64,000 nucleotides of DNA from Macrostomum hystrix (taxonomy: Eukaryota > Animalia > Platyhelminthes): the NCBI GenBank assembly GCA_950097015.1, contig CATNEN010000015.1, positions 1,798,001 through 1,862,000 on the forward strand, in the 5' to 3' direction. The position numbers and the translations under genes were made by a program. The notes under the pieces were generated by a model. That model was given only the letters and a program-made list of their open reading frames with translations. It was not told the origin of the DNA and ran no database searches. Within the stretch, counting starts at the first letter, position 1. Every line of letters starts with the position of its first letter. Shown here piece after piece: positions 46,701 to 57,500 of this stretch.

Positions 46701-49700
46701 ATCATGTGTCCCATGCATGGCCTTTACAACTCTGCGATAAGCATTTTGATCGCATTGACTATTGTCTGTCATTGGTTATTCTTTGGCATTCATTAGTTAA
46801 TTGATTAATAAGCAAATTGGTTCCTATTCATAGAACTGTCATGGAAAGCCTTCGTGCTTAGATGCCTGAAGAATATAAAACAATACTGTTATTTGCAATT
46901 TGTATTAGATGGCGATAGATAGGCTACTAGACACCACAAATAATTAGCGATCGAGCACAATGCGAATAGATGAAAATATTCAGGTCGAGCCGGGAGAAGG
47001 CAATAGTTCTAGCTGTGTCGCACCAGTGGGCTTACTTACAGATGGTTGAAAAAGAACAAATGATAAAATAATTGGGCAAATTCGATGTGGCGAAATGCCA
47101 TTGTGAATGGGACATAGATTTGTGATGGGGCCTAGTTGTAGAGAAATAAGTTACCGGTTGATACACTGTATATCTCATAGGGAAGTAGATTCTAGAAACG
47201 GACAGAGAAAAGTAAGATCTCACAGAGAAGTATATTCTAGAAACAGAGAGGATAGAATGAGATCTCACAGAGAAGTAGATTCTAGAAACAGAGAGGATAG
47301 AATTAGATCTCACAGAGAAGTAGATTCTAGAAACAGAGAGGGTAGAGTGAGATCTCACAGAGAAGTAGATTCTAGAAAAAGAGAGGGTAGAATGAGATCT
47401 CACAGAGAAGTAGATTCTAGAAACAGAGAGGGTAGAATGAGATCTCATAAAGAAGTAGATTCTAGAAACAGAGAGGGTAGAGTGAAATCTTATCGAGAAG
47501 TAGACACTAGAATTGTTAAATAGAAGTATCTTTCATAATGGTATTGTGAGATCTGTACTTTTCAGCTGCATCATGAAAGTGAGCAAATCTGAGTCCCAAT
47601 CTCACCCCAGGACTACGAGATCAACTTGTATATGCGAGAGCAGTGGTGGGACCCGCGACTGGCCTTCAATCGCAGCCTGCTGTGCGGCATGGAGTTCATG
47701 AAGCTGCCTGACAGAGCCTGGGACAAGATCTGGGTGCCCGATGTATTCTTCAGGTGGGTCAATTTGCACCTGGACTGCTTTTAGTACTATAACAGGACAT
47801 GGGACCTATACTATAACAGGACATGGGACCTATACTATAACAGGACATGGGACCTATACTATAACAGGACATGGGACCTATACTATAACAGGACATGGGG
47901 CCTATACTTTAACAGGACATGGGACCTATACTATAACAGGACATGGTCAGGTTACGTTGGGGTCATGTGGTCTACGAGCGTAATTATGAGTAGTTTAAAC
48001 CCTCGTTTTATGTTGGGTCAGGTGACGTCCTTTGATTCATCCTGGTAGTCTGATGACCTCCTTAGATTCATGTGGGGGTCAGGTGACCTCCTTTGATTCA
48101 TCCTGGTAGTCTGATGACCTCCTTAGATTCATGTGGGGGTCAGGTGACCTCCTTAGATTCATGTGGGGGTCAGGTGACCTACTTTGATTCATCCTGGTAG
48201 TCAGGTGACCTCCTTAGATTCATGTGGGGGTCAGGTGACCTCCTTCGATTTATATAGGGGTCAGGTGACCTCCTCGATTAATTATTTCAATAATTATGCA
48301 TTTCAGAAACGAAAAGAAGGCCACCTTTCACGAGGTGACCCTGCCAAATCGACTCATGCGGCTCTACCCCAATGGCACCGTCTACTATGCGGCTAAGTAA
48401 GTGTACAGCTGTTGTTTATATACCGCCCTACCATCTCCCATCCTACTATCTCCCACCCTAACATCTCCCAGCCTACTATCTCCCACTACTATCTCCCACC
48501 CTACTATCTCCCAGCCTACTATCTCCCACCCCACTATCTCCCACCCTACTATCTCCCACCCTACTATCTCCCACCCCACTATCTCCCACCCTACTATCTC
48601 CCAACACACTATCTCCCACCACACTATCTCCCACCCCACTATCTCCCACCCTACTATCTCCCACCCTACTATCTCCCACCCTACTATCACCCAGCCTACT
48701 ATCTCCCACCCTACTATCTCCCACTACTATCTCCCACCCTACTATCTCCCGCCCTGCCTCCCACCATCCTAGATTCTCTAATCTCACTCTGCGCCAAGTC
48801 TTTTGAGTCTCCCATATCAATATTAATTTGACAAGCTGCAAATCACGAGCTCTTGAGCATGTCTCCTGTCACAGGCTAAATCCAATTCGGTTTGCAGAAT
48901 CACGGCCACTCTCTCCTGCCAGATGAAGCTGCACAAGTACCCGCTGGACACTCAGGTGTGTCCCATCCAGTTTGAGTCGTGTGAGTGATGCTTTGCGAGT
49001 GGCTTTACCTCAACTCAAGCTTGAGTAGGGCGTCTGACCTCTGCGCTGCGCAATCGGGCGGTCCATTACGAAACATTGAAAATAAGCTTTTTTGTACCAA
49101 TACTATTGTACATATTATTCACTACTTACTAACTGAGCTACTTTAAGTAGTAGCGTGAGATAATCAAAACTCTCCAAATATCGACTTCAGTCGGGCATAC
49201 GGTCAAGGCCAATGTTTATCAGTGGCGACCGGCACCAGTGGAAAAGGACGAGCAACTGATTTTGCCTCAGTTTGAGTTGCACGCAACGAATACGAAAAAC
49301 TGTCAGCAGACTTATGCCACAGGTCAGTTCTGGACCTCTGCCGTGTTAAATACATATGGACTCAACTTATTTTCAGGGTTTACTGTCTATAGGCGAGATT
49401 GGTTCTCACATTGATTCTCACCTGTTAGATAAGCTCCCACCTGTTAGATAATCTCTCACCTGTTAGATAAGCTCTCACCTGTTAGATAAGCTCTCACCTG
49501 TTACATCAGCTCCTGTTTCACCTGTTTCTCACCTGTTAGATAGATTCTCACCTGTTAGATATATTCTCACCTGTTAGATATATTCTCACCTGTTAGATAG
49601 ATTCTCACCTGTTAGATAGATTCTCACCTGTTAGATCGATTCTCACCTGTTAGATAGATTCTCACTTGTTAAATATATTCTCACCTGTTAGATATATTCT

Positions 49701-52700
49701 CACCTGTTAGATAAGCTCCCACCTGTTAGATAAGCTCTCACCTGTTACATCAGCTCCTGTTTCACCTGTTTCTCACCTGTTAGATATATTCTCACCTGTT
49801 AGATAGATTCTCAGCTGTTAGATATATTCTCGCCTGTTAGATAGATTCTCACCTGTTAGATAGATTCTCACCTGTTAGATATATTCTCAGCTGTTAGATA
49901 GATTCTCACCTGTTAGATATATTCTCACCTGTTAGATAGATTCTCACCTGTTAGATATATTCTCACCTGTTAGATAGATTCTCACCTGTTGGATATATTC
50001 TCAGCTGTTAGATATATTCTCACCTGTTAGATATATTCTCACCTGTTAGATATATTCTCACCTGTTAGATAGATTCTCACCTGTTAGATAGATTCTCACC
50101 TGTTAGATATATTCTCGCCTGTTAGATAGATTCTCAGCTGTTAGATAGATTCTCACCTGTTAGATATATTCTCAGCTGTTAGATAGATTCTCACCTGTTA
50201 GATATATTCTCACCTGTTAGATAGATTCTCACCTGTTGGATATATTCTCACCTGTTAGATAGATTCTCACCTGTTGGATATATTCTCAGCTGTTAGATAT
50301 ATTCTCACCTGTTAGATAGATTCTCACCTGTTAGATATATTCTCACCTGTTAGATAGATTCTCACCTGTTGGATATATTCTCACCTGTTAGATAGATTCT
50401 CACCTGTTAGATAGATTCTCACCTGTTAGATAGATTCTCACCTGTTAGATAGATTCTCAGCTGTTAGATTCTCAGCTGTTAGATAGATTCTCACCTGTTA
50501 GATAGATTCTCACCTGTTAGATAGATTCTCACCTGTTAGATAGATTCTCACCTGTTAGATAGATTCTCAGCTGTTAGATAGATTCTCACCTGTTAGATAG
50601 ATTCTCAGCTGTTAGATAGATTCTCACCTGTTAGATAGATTCTCACCTGTTAGATAGATTCTCACCTGTTAGATATATTCTCACCTGTTAGATAGATTCT
50701 CACCTGTTAGATAGATTCTCACCTGTTAGATAGATTCTCACCTGTTAGATAGATTCTCACCTGTTAGATAGATTCTCACCTGTTAGATAGATTCTCACCT
50801 GTTAGATAGAATCTCACCTGTTAGACAGACCCCAATTAGTAGGCTGGCTAGAATTTTGCTACGGCGAACTGTCGAATATAAATTAGCCAAATAACACGCT
50901 CATGAACAGGTGACTATCCCTGCCTTGAAGTAGAGTTTGTACTACGCCGCAACATTGGCTACTACCTCATCCAGCTGTACGTGCCGTCAGTGCTGATTGT
51001 GATTCTCTCCTGGGTGGCCTTCTGGATCTCCATCGATGCAATTCCGGCTAGGGTAACAATAGGACTGCTTACTGTGCTCACCATGACTACTCAGAGTGCC
51101 ACCGCCAGGGCCAGCTTGCCAAGGGTGTCCTACATCAAGGTGATGGGCAGGGATTACAGTCTGGGGTAGCTGGATAGTTGCTAGGGGGTTGATTTGCAGA
51201 GTGGTCTAACGCGTTTGCCTCGCGCGACAAGGTCTCTGAGCTCGATTCGGCGTCGAGGCCACATTTATTTGAGAAGGCTAGGGGTCTAGGGCCAGCCTTC
51301 AAGGCACAGTGAGAGTGTACGCTGCCTGACGATGATGATAAAGTCAGCGCAGATGTACACACACCTGTCTGAGTGTGTGCCTGTGTACAGCATCTGTGTG
51401 CGTGTGTGCTCAGGAGTCAGCGAAATGGGCAGAATTGCCAGATCAAATGATATGCCATTGCGCACAGCCCTCTTGCAAAGGTGGTTGCCAATGCATAGTT
51501 ACTATGTGGTTGCTAAGGCATAGTTATTAGGTGATTGCTGAGCTATAGTTACCATGTGGTTGCTAAGTTATAGTTACTAGGTGGTTGTTAAGGTAGTAGT
51601 CACTAGGTGGTTGCTAAGGCCTGATTTTGGTTGGGATTTCTAGCTAAGCTGACGGTAGTTGTCTAACACAAATCCCGATTTGCACCCCAATCTGCCCAGG
51701 CCATGGACGTGTGGATGAGTGTCTGCCTGCTCTTCGTCTTCGCCTCTCTGCTAGAGTTTGCCGTGGTCAATGTGTTCAGCCGAAAAGAGATTAGAAAAAA
51801 GACTCAAGGTTTGAGCATTCTATCGGAGACTGCCAAGGACATTGAGGACTTGATATGCGCACAGGTGAGCAGTTTTTTAGTTCTTTTCAGTGATAGACAG
51901 TAATATTTTTTACATCCGAATGGAAGGGCCAGGAGAAAGAGCTTTGAAATTAGCAGTTCTTAGAATTGAATCACGCCTCTGCATGTCTATGGCCAAAAGG
52001 CAAGTTGTCTGCGGCTGAAACTCTGCTGTTGTTTTCAGATCAACAATGATAGCGACCAACATGCGGGGGTAAGTTGTTTAAGACCAGAGAAATCGAATAA
52101 GGAAATTGATTTACAAAGTTTGATTGATTTAATTAAATAAAGGATTTTTCTTAATTGTTTTTGTGATTTTGTTGCTAGATTTTGGGAATTTCCGGTGCTG
52201 GTTTTAATTTGATTGGCTCTGTTTTTTAAAGCGCTGTCGTCAGTTCATTCACCAAGGATTACTCAAGGATTCACAGTTAATTTACTAATGATTCTCCAAA
52301 AGCTCTCCAAGGATTCACCTGGGGAATCTCAAGGGAATCCCTGCCTGCTGAAATCCTTGGATTAATACTTGTGGAAATCCTTGGAGAATCTTTGGAGAAT
52401 TATTCAAGAAATTTTTATTGGGATTATCCGAGGATTCACTCGAAATCTAAAAGATTTTTTTAAGGATTTTGTTAATTTCTTTTAGAATAACCCTGAGATT
52501 CCCCAAGGATTCCCCTGGGATTCCCCGAGGATTCCCCAGAGATTCCCGAAAGAAAAACACTCGTAAGACAGTATAAAAATAGCTGCAGCAGAACCCTTAT
52601 TGGCCACTGACATTTTTTAACCAAATTGGATGCTTTGTGTTGTAACTACGGTAGTTCCTTGTATTCTTGAGCAGCAACTCAATCACTGCATGCAGGCTCT

Positions 52701-54484
52701 GTCGTCCATAAGCTCGAGGCCGCAGGTACCTCGGTCCGGCACTAGAGACCCGCGCAGCAGCTACTTGTACTCAGCAGTCAGAGAGCGCTCAGTGGTGCGA
52801 GTCTCTCGGTAGCCTTCTTCTTAGCGCACATGTTCAGCAAGGCTGACTTTGAGAGTCAATTCACACATAAGCCAGCAGCTACTAACCCTTTTTCTATTTT
52901 TGTTTTTATTGAATAGTTCTTTAACTCCCTAACACTTCTCTGCTTCAGGACTTTAGTGAGTACTTCGAAGTACCTACTCATGTCTCCCTCAGGTCAACCA
53001 GTTGATAGATGCAATCCCCGAGTCGGTAGATTCCCTCAGGCCATCAGTCGGTAGATTCCCTCAGGCCTCAGTCGATAGATTCCCTCAGGCCCTCAGTCAA
53101 TAGATTCCCTCAGGCCTCAGTCGATAGATTCCCTCAGGCCCTCAGTCGGTAGATTCCCTCAGGCCCTCAGTCGGTAGATTCCCTCAGGCCCTCAGTCGAT
53201 AGATTCCCTCAGGCCCTCAATCGGTAGATTCCCTCAGGCCCTCAGTCGGTAGATTCCCTCAGGCCCTCAGTCGGTAGATTCCCTCAGGCCCTCAGTCGGT
53301 AGATTCCCTCAGGCCTCAGTCGGTAGATTCCCTCAGGCCTCAGTCGATAGATTCCCTCAAGCCCTCAGTCGATAGATTCCCTCAGGCCCTCAGTCGATAG
53401 ATTCCCTCAAGCCCTCAGTCGATAGATTCCCTCAGGCCCTCAGTCGATAGATTCCCTCAGGCCCTCAGTCGGTAGATTCCTCAGGCCCTCAGTCGATAGA
53501 TTCCCTCAGGCCCGTCAGACCCTCAGCTCATTGTCTCAATCGTGTCCTTCAGTGCCTAACAATCAGCACAATAGCACCTGAACTATCTCAGCTTCTCTTT
53601 ACTGGAGGAAGCTGGGATAGGATGGATGAAGAAGCCTTGATACTCAAACAACTCAAGTGTTCCTACTGTATTTTCATTGCTCACTTTTCTCTCGCTTCAA
53701 CAAACGCTTCGCCCACAAAATGCACACACAACAGCAGAGATTTGATAAAAACAAATTGCTTTTTAAAAAAACTACGACTTACTAACACATTTTTTAGTTA
53801 TAAATTTTTACTGCTGACGTCGATCGAACGGCTTTAAAAGTCGGTTCATCTTAATGGGCAGAAGATTGTTAATCCATTTGGTGCACACTGATGCACATTT
53901 GGTGCAGGCTGCGGACACTGACACAGAAATTGATTCTGTCCATTCCGCTGACTCCTGAGCACACACTCACACAGGTGTGTACATCTGCCCTGAATTTCTC
54001 ATCGTCAGGCAGTGTAGCCTTGGCCTTGTAGGTTGGCCCTCAAGGGCGTAAATTGCACGACAAGACCGGCCAAGCCTTCTCTCCGCGGCTGAGCACCAAA
54101 ATGAATGTGGCCTCGCCGCGGAATCGAGCTCAGGGACCTCGGTGCGAGAGACTTTAGACTGCTCTGCCACCCCGCTGAATTCCACAGGAGAACTTCTGGG
54201 ACGAGAACCCGCCGGATCAGCTGGTTGCCGGGTCAGTCAGGCGGCACATTGCAGCAGCCGCGAAAGGCCACGGAGACGAAGGAGGCTGCGGACGCGGCGG
54301 AGGAGGCGGCGGCGGCGGCGGCGCAGGAGGTCCGTTCAGTGTGTACAGCAGGCGGCAGGCTCATAAGCGTCGCGAGGAGATGCGGCAACGGGCCCGAGTG
54401 ATTGACAAGTTGGCCAGGAAACTGTTCCCATTGGCTTTCATCCTGTTCAATGTGGTGTACTGGATTGGCTACAACCTGTGGTGA
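43629..54484 (+). CDS. Cys-loop ligand-gated anion channel subunit (glycine receptor / GluCl-like), 11 exons, 464 aa
   Basis: join(43629..43738,45022..45068,46589..46656,47611..47753,48307..48396,48898..48980,49191..49322,50910..51139,51700..51864,52039..52068,54188..54484); phases consistent, 1395 nt. Signal peptide, [27 protein letters not shown], Cys-loop [15 protein letters not shown], loop-C disulfide [13 protein letters not shown]1 [26 protein letters not shown]2 ([16 protein letters not shown]), M3 [26 protein letters not shown]4 [21 protein letters not shown]. Confidence 0.92.
44110..44395. repeat. GA-rich 15-bp minisatellite (GGGAGGGAGAGTGA(A/G)) in channel intron 1
   Basis: Direct reading. 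Confidence 0.9.
44676..44970 (+). mobile_element. SINE family B: tRNA-like head, CORE-like centre, AT-rich tail
   Basis: GGGGCCGCGGCCTATGGATTAGA...GGCTCGATTCCC head; GCTTCAGTTCGCCTAGTTGTTAAATGAG resembles the CORE consensus as I recall it; (ATT)n tail; a related antisense segment lies at about 36905-36950. Confidence 0.6.
45022..45068 (+). CDS. Channel exon 2 ([15 protein letters not shown])
   Basis: TTTTATTGTAG acceptor; A|GTAACG donor; YDxRxxP motif. Confidence 0.75.
45280..45905. repeat. 20-bp minisatellite (CTGTTAGACACGACAGTTAT) in channel intron 2
   Basis: Direct reading. Confidence 0.92.
46589..46656 (+). CDS. Channel exon 3 ([22 protein letters not shown])
   Basis: TTTTCCAG acceptor; ATG|GTGAGC donor. 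Confidence 0.88.
47205..47505. repeat. 45-bp minisatellite (GATCTCACAGAGAAGTAGATTCTAGAAACAGAGAGGGTAGAATGA) in channel intron 3
   Basis: About 6.5 units. Confidence 0.92.
47611..47753 (+). CDS. Channel exon 4 ([17 protein letters not shown]...IWVPDVFF)
   Basis: CCCCAG acceptor; AG|GTGGGT donor. Confidence 0.92.
47783..47945. repeat. 24-bp minisatellite (TACTATAACAGGACATGGGACCTA) in channel intron 4
   Basis: About 6.5 units starting about 30 nt after the donor. Confidence 0.93.
48015..48272. repeat. About 30-bp minisatellite (CAGGTGACCTCCTTAGATTCATGTGGGGGT) in channel intron 4
   Basis: About 8 units, two variants. Confidence 0.88.
48307..48396 (+). CDS. Channel exon 5 ([27 protein letters not shown])
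   Basis: TTTCAG acceptor; AA|GTAAGT donor. Confidence 0.92.
   Translation, partial: KRKEGHLSRGDPAKSTHAALPQWHRLLCG
48432..48770. repeat. 15-bp minisatellite (CTACTATCTCCCACC) in channel intron 5
   Basis: Direct reading. Confidence 0.93.
48898..48980 (+). CDS. Channel exon 6 (Cys-loop)
   Basis: TTTGCAG acceptor; T|GTGAGT donor; C-x13-C. Confidence 0.93.
49191..49322 (+). CDS. Channel exon 7 ([11 protein letters not shown]...LPQFEL...CQQTYAT)
   Basis: CTTCAG acceptor; G|GTCAGT donor. Confidence 0.9.
49420..50827. repeat. 19-bp minisatellite (TTCTCACCTGTTAGATAGA) in channel intron 7
   Basis: About 70 units. Confidence 0.97.
50910..51139 (+). CDS. Channel exon 8 (loop C end, M1, M2, LPRVSYIK)
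   Basis: AACAG acceptor; AAG|GTGATG donor; PAR motif. Confidence 0.94.
51190..51480 (+). mobile_element. SINE family A copy (channel intron 8)
   Basis: GCAGAGTGGTCTAACGCG A-box-like, GAGCTCGATTCG B-box-like, then body. Confidence 0.87.
51700..51864 (+). CDS. Channel exon 9 (M3 and start of the cytoplasmic loop)
   Basis: CCCAG acceptor; CAG|GTGAGC donor. Confidence 0.92.
52039..52068 (+). CDS. Channel exon 10, candidate 30-nt micro-exon ([10 protein letters not shown])
   Basis: Strong sites GTTTTCAG| and |GTAAGT, phase 0-0, no stop; not supported by homology. Confidence 0.6.
53020..53512. repeat. 25-bp minisatellite (CAGTCGGTAGATTCCCTCAGGCCCT) in the last channel intron
   Basis: About 20 units with 24-bp variants. 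Confidence 0.95.
53935..54175 (-). mobile_element. SINE family A copy, antisense, ending about 12 nt before the last channel acceptor
   Basis: Minus strand reads GGGGTGGCAGAGCAGTCTAA...CCCTGAGCTCGATTCCGCGGCGAGGCCACATTC, then body. Confidence 0.88.
54188..54484 (+). CDS. Channel terminal exon (Gly-rich loop, M4, stop)
   Basis: CCACAG acceptor, 99 codons ending ...VYWIGYNLW*; frame not in the ORF track. Confidence 0.88.
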   Translation, partial: ENFWDENPPDQLVAGSVRRHIAAAAKGHGDEGGCGRGGGGGGGGGAGGPFSVYSRRQAHKRREEMRQRARVIDKLARKLFPLAFILFNVVYWIGYNLW

Positions 54485-54544
54485 CCTGTCAGATCCTCAA
54501 TTTAGGGGAAATTTATCCCCAGTGTGTAATCATAGAAAAACATT

Positions 54545-57500
54545 TCGATCAGAAAACTCCCAAAGAAGAGGATTCTCCTACAGTAAAGAATCCCAATGGA
54601 GAGGATTATCCTACAGTAAAGAATCCCAATGGAGAGGATTATCCTACAGTAAAGAATCCCAATGGAGAGGATTATCCTACAGTAAAGAATCCCAATGGAG
54701 AGGATTATCCTACTGTAAAGAATCCCAATGGAGAGGATTATCCTACAGTAAAGAATCCCAATGGAGAGGATTATCCTACATTAAAGAATCCCAATGGAGA
54801 GGATTATCCTACAGTAAAGAATCCCAATGGAGAGGATTATCCTACAGTAAAGAATCCCAATGGAGAGGATTATCCTACAGTAAAGAATCCCAATGGAGAG
54901 GATTATCCTACAGTAAAGAATCCCAATGGAGAGGATTATCCTACAGTAAAGAATCCCAATGGAGAGGATTATCCTACAGTAAAGAATCCCAATGGAGAGG
55001 ATTATCCTACAGTAAAGAATCCCAATGGAGAGGATTATCCTACAGTAAAGAATCCCAATGGAGAGGATTATCCTACAGTAAAGAATCCCAATGGAGAGGA
55101 TTATCCTACTGTAAAGAATCCCAATGGAGAGGATTATCCTACAGTAAAGAATCCCAATGGAGAGGATTTTCCTACTGTAAAGAATCCCAATGGAGAGGAT
55201 TATCCTACAGTAAAGAATCCCAATGGAGAGGATTATCCTACATTAAGAATCCCATTGGAGAGGATTATCCTACAGTAAAGAATCCTAATGGAGAGGATTA
55301 TCCTACTGTAAAGAATCCCAATGGAGAGGATTATCCTACTGTAAAGAATCCCAATGGAGAGGATTATCCTACAGTAAAGAATCCCAATGGAGAGGATTAT
55401 CCTACAGTAAAGAATCCCAATGGAGAGGATTATCCTACAGTAAAGAATCCCAATGGAGAGGATTATCCTACAGTAAAGAATCCCAATGGAGAGGATTATC
55501 CTACAGTAAAGAATCCCAATGGAGAGGATTATCCTACAGTAAAGAATCCCAATGGAGAGGATTATCCTACAGTAAAGAATCCCAATGGAGAGGATTATCC
55601 TACAGTAAAGAATCCCAATGGAGAGGATTATCCTACAGTAAAGAATCCCAATGGAGAGGATTATCCTACAGTAAGAATCCCAATGGAGAGGATTATCCTA
55701 CAGTAAAGAATCCCAATGGAGAGGATTATCCTACAGTAAGAATCCCAATGGAGAGGATTATCCTACAGTAAAGAATCCCAATGGAGAGGATTATCCTACA
55801 GTAAGAATCCCAATGGAGAGGATTATCCTACAGTAAAGAATCCCAATGGAGAGGATTATCCTACAGTAAAGAATCCCAATGGAGAGGATTATCCTACTGT
55901 AAAGAATCCCAATGGAGAGGATTATCCTACAGTAAAGAATCCCAATGGAGAGGATTATCCTACTGTAAAGAATCCCAATGGAGAGGATTATCCTACTGTA
56001 AAGAATCCCAATGGAGAGGATTATCCTACAGTAAAGAATCCCAATGGAGAGGATTATCCTACAGTAAAGAATCCCAATGGAGAGGATTATCCTACAGTAA
56101 AGAATCCCAATGGAGAGGATTATCCTACAGTAAAGAATCCCAATGGAGAGGATTATCCTACAGTAAAGAATCCCAATGGAGAGGATTATCCTACAGTAAA
56201 GAATCCCAATGGAGAGGATTATCCTACAGTAAAGAATCCCAATGGAGAGGATTATCCTACAGTAAAGAATCCCAATGGAGAGGATTATCCTACAGTAAAG
56301 AATCCCAATGGAGAGGATTATCCTACTGTAAAGAATCCCAATGGAGAGGATTATCCTACAGTAAAGAATCCCAATGGAGAGGATTTTCCTACTGTAAAGA
56401 ATCCCAATGGAGAGGATTATCCTACAGTAAAGAATCCCAATGGAGAGGATTATCCTACAGTAAAGAATCCCAATGGAGAGGATTATCCTACAGTAAAGAA
56501 TCCCAATGGAGAGGATTATCCTACAGTAAAGAATCCCAATGGAGAGGATTATCCTACAGTAAAGAATCCCAATGGAGAGGATTATCCTACAGTAAAGAAT
56601 CCCAATGGAGAGGATTATCCTACAGTAAAGAATCCCAATGGAGAGGATTATCCTACAGTAAAGAATCCCAATGGAGAGGATTATCCTACAGTAAAGAATC
56701 CCAATGGAGAGGATTATCCTACAGTAAAGAATCCCAATGGAGAGGATTATCCTACAGTAAAGAATCCCAATGGAGAGGATTATCCTACAGTAAAGAATCC
56801 CAATGGAGAGGATTTTCCTACTGTAAAGAATCCCAATGGAGAGGATTATCCTACAGTAAAGAATCCCAATGGAGAGGATTATCCTACAGTAAAGAATCCC
56901 AATGGAGAGGATTATCCTACTGTAAAGAATCCCAATGGAGAGGATTATCCTACAGTAAAGAATCCCAATGGAGAGGATTATCCTACAGTAAAGAATCCCA
57001 ATGGAGAGGATTATCCTACAGTAAAGAATCCCAATGGAGAGGATTATCCTACAGTAAAGAATCCCAATGGAGAGGATTATCCTACAGTAAAGAATCCCAA
57101 TGGAGAGGATTATCCTACAGTAAAGAATCCCAATGGAGAGGATTATCCTACAGTAAAGAATCCCAATTGAGAGGATTATCCTACAGTAAGAATCCCAATG
57201 GAGAGGATTATCCTACTGTAAAGAATCCCAATTGAGAGGATTATCCTACAGTAAAGAATCCCAATGGAGAGGATTATCCTACAGTAAAGAATCCCAATTG
57301 AGAGGATTATCCTACAGTAAAGAATCCCAATGGAGAGGATTATCCTACAGTAAAGAATCCTAATGGAGAGGATTATCCTACAGTAAAGAATCCCAATGGA
57401 GAGGATTATCCTACAGTAAAGAATCCCAATTGAGAGGATTATCCTACAGTAAAGAATCCCAATGGAGAGGATTATCCTACAGTAAAGAATCCCAATGGAG

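Noticed and set aside
52250-52560. Degenerate GGATTC/GAATCC direct and inverted motifs
   Set aside because: Too decayed to define a unit or termini; probably an old minisatellite.
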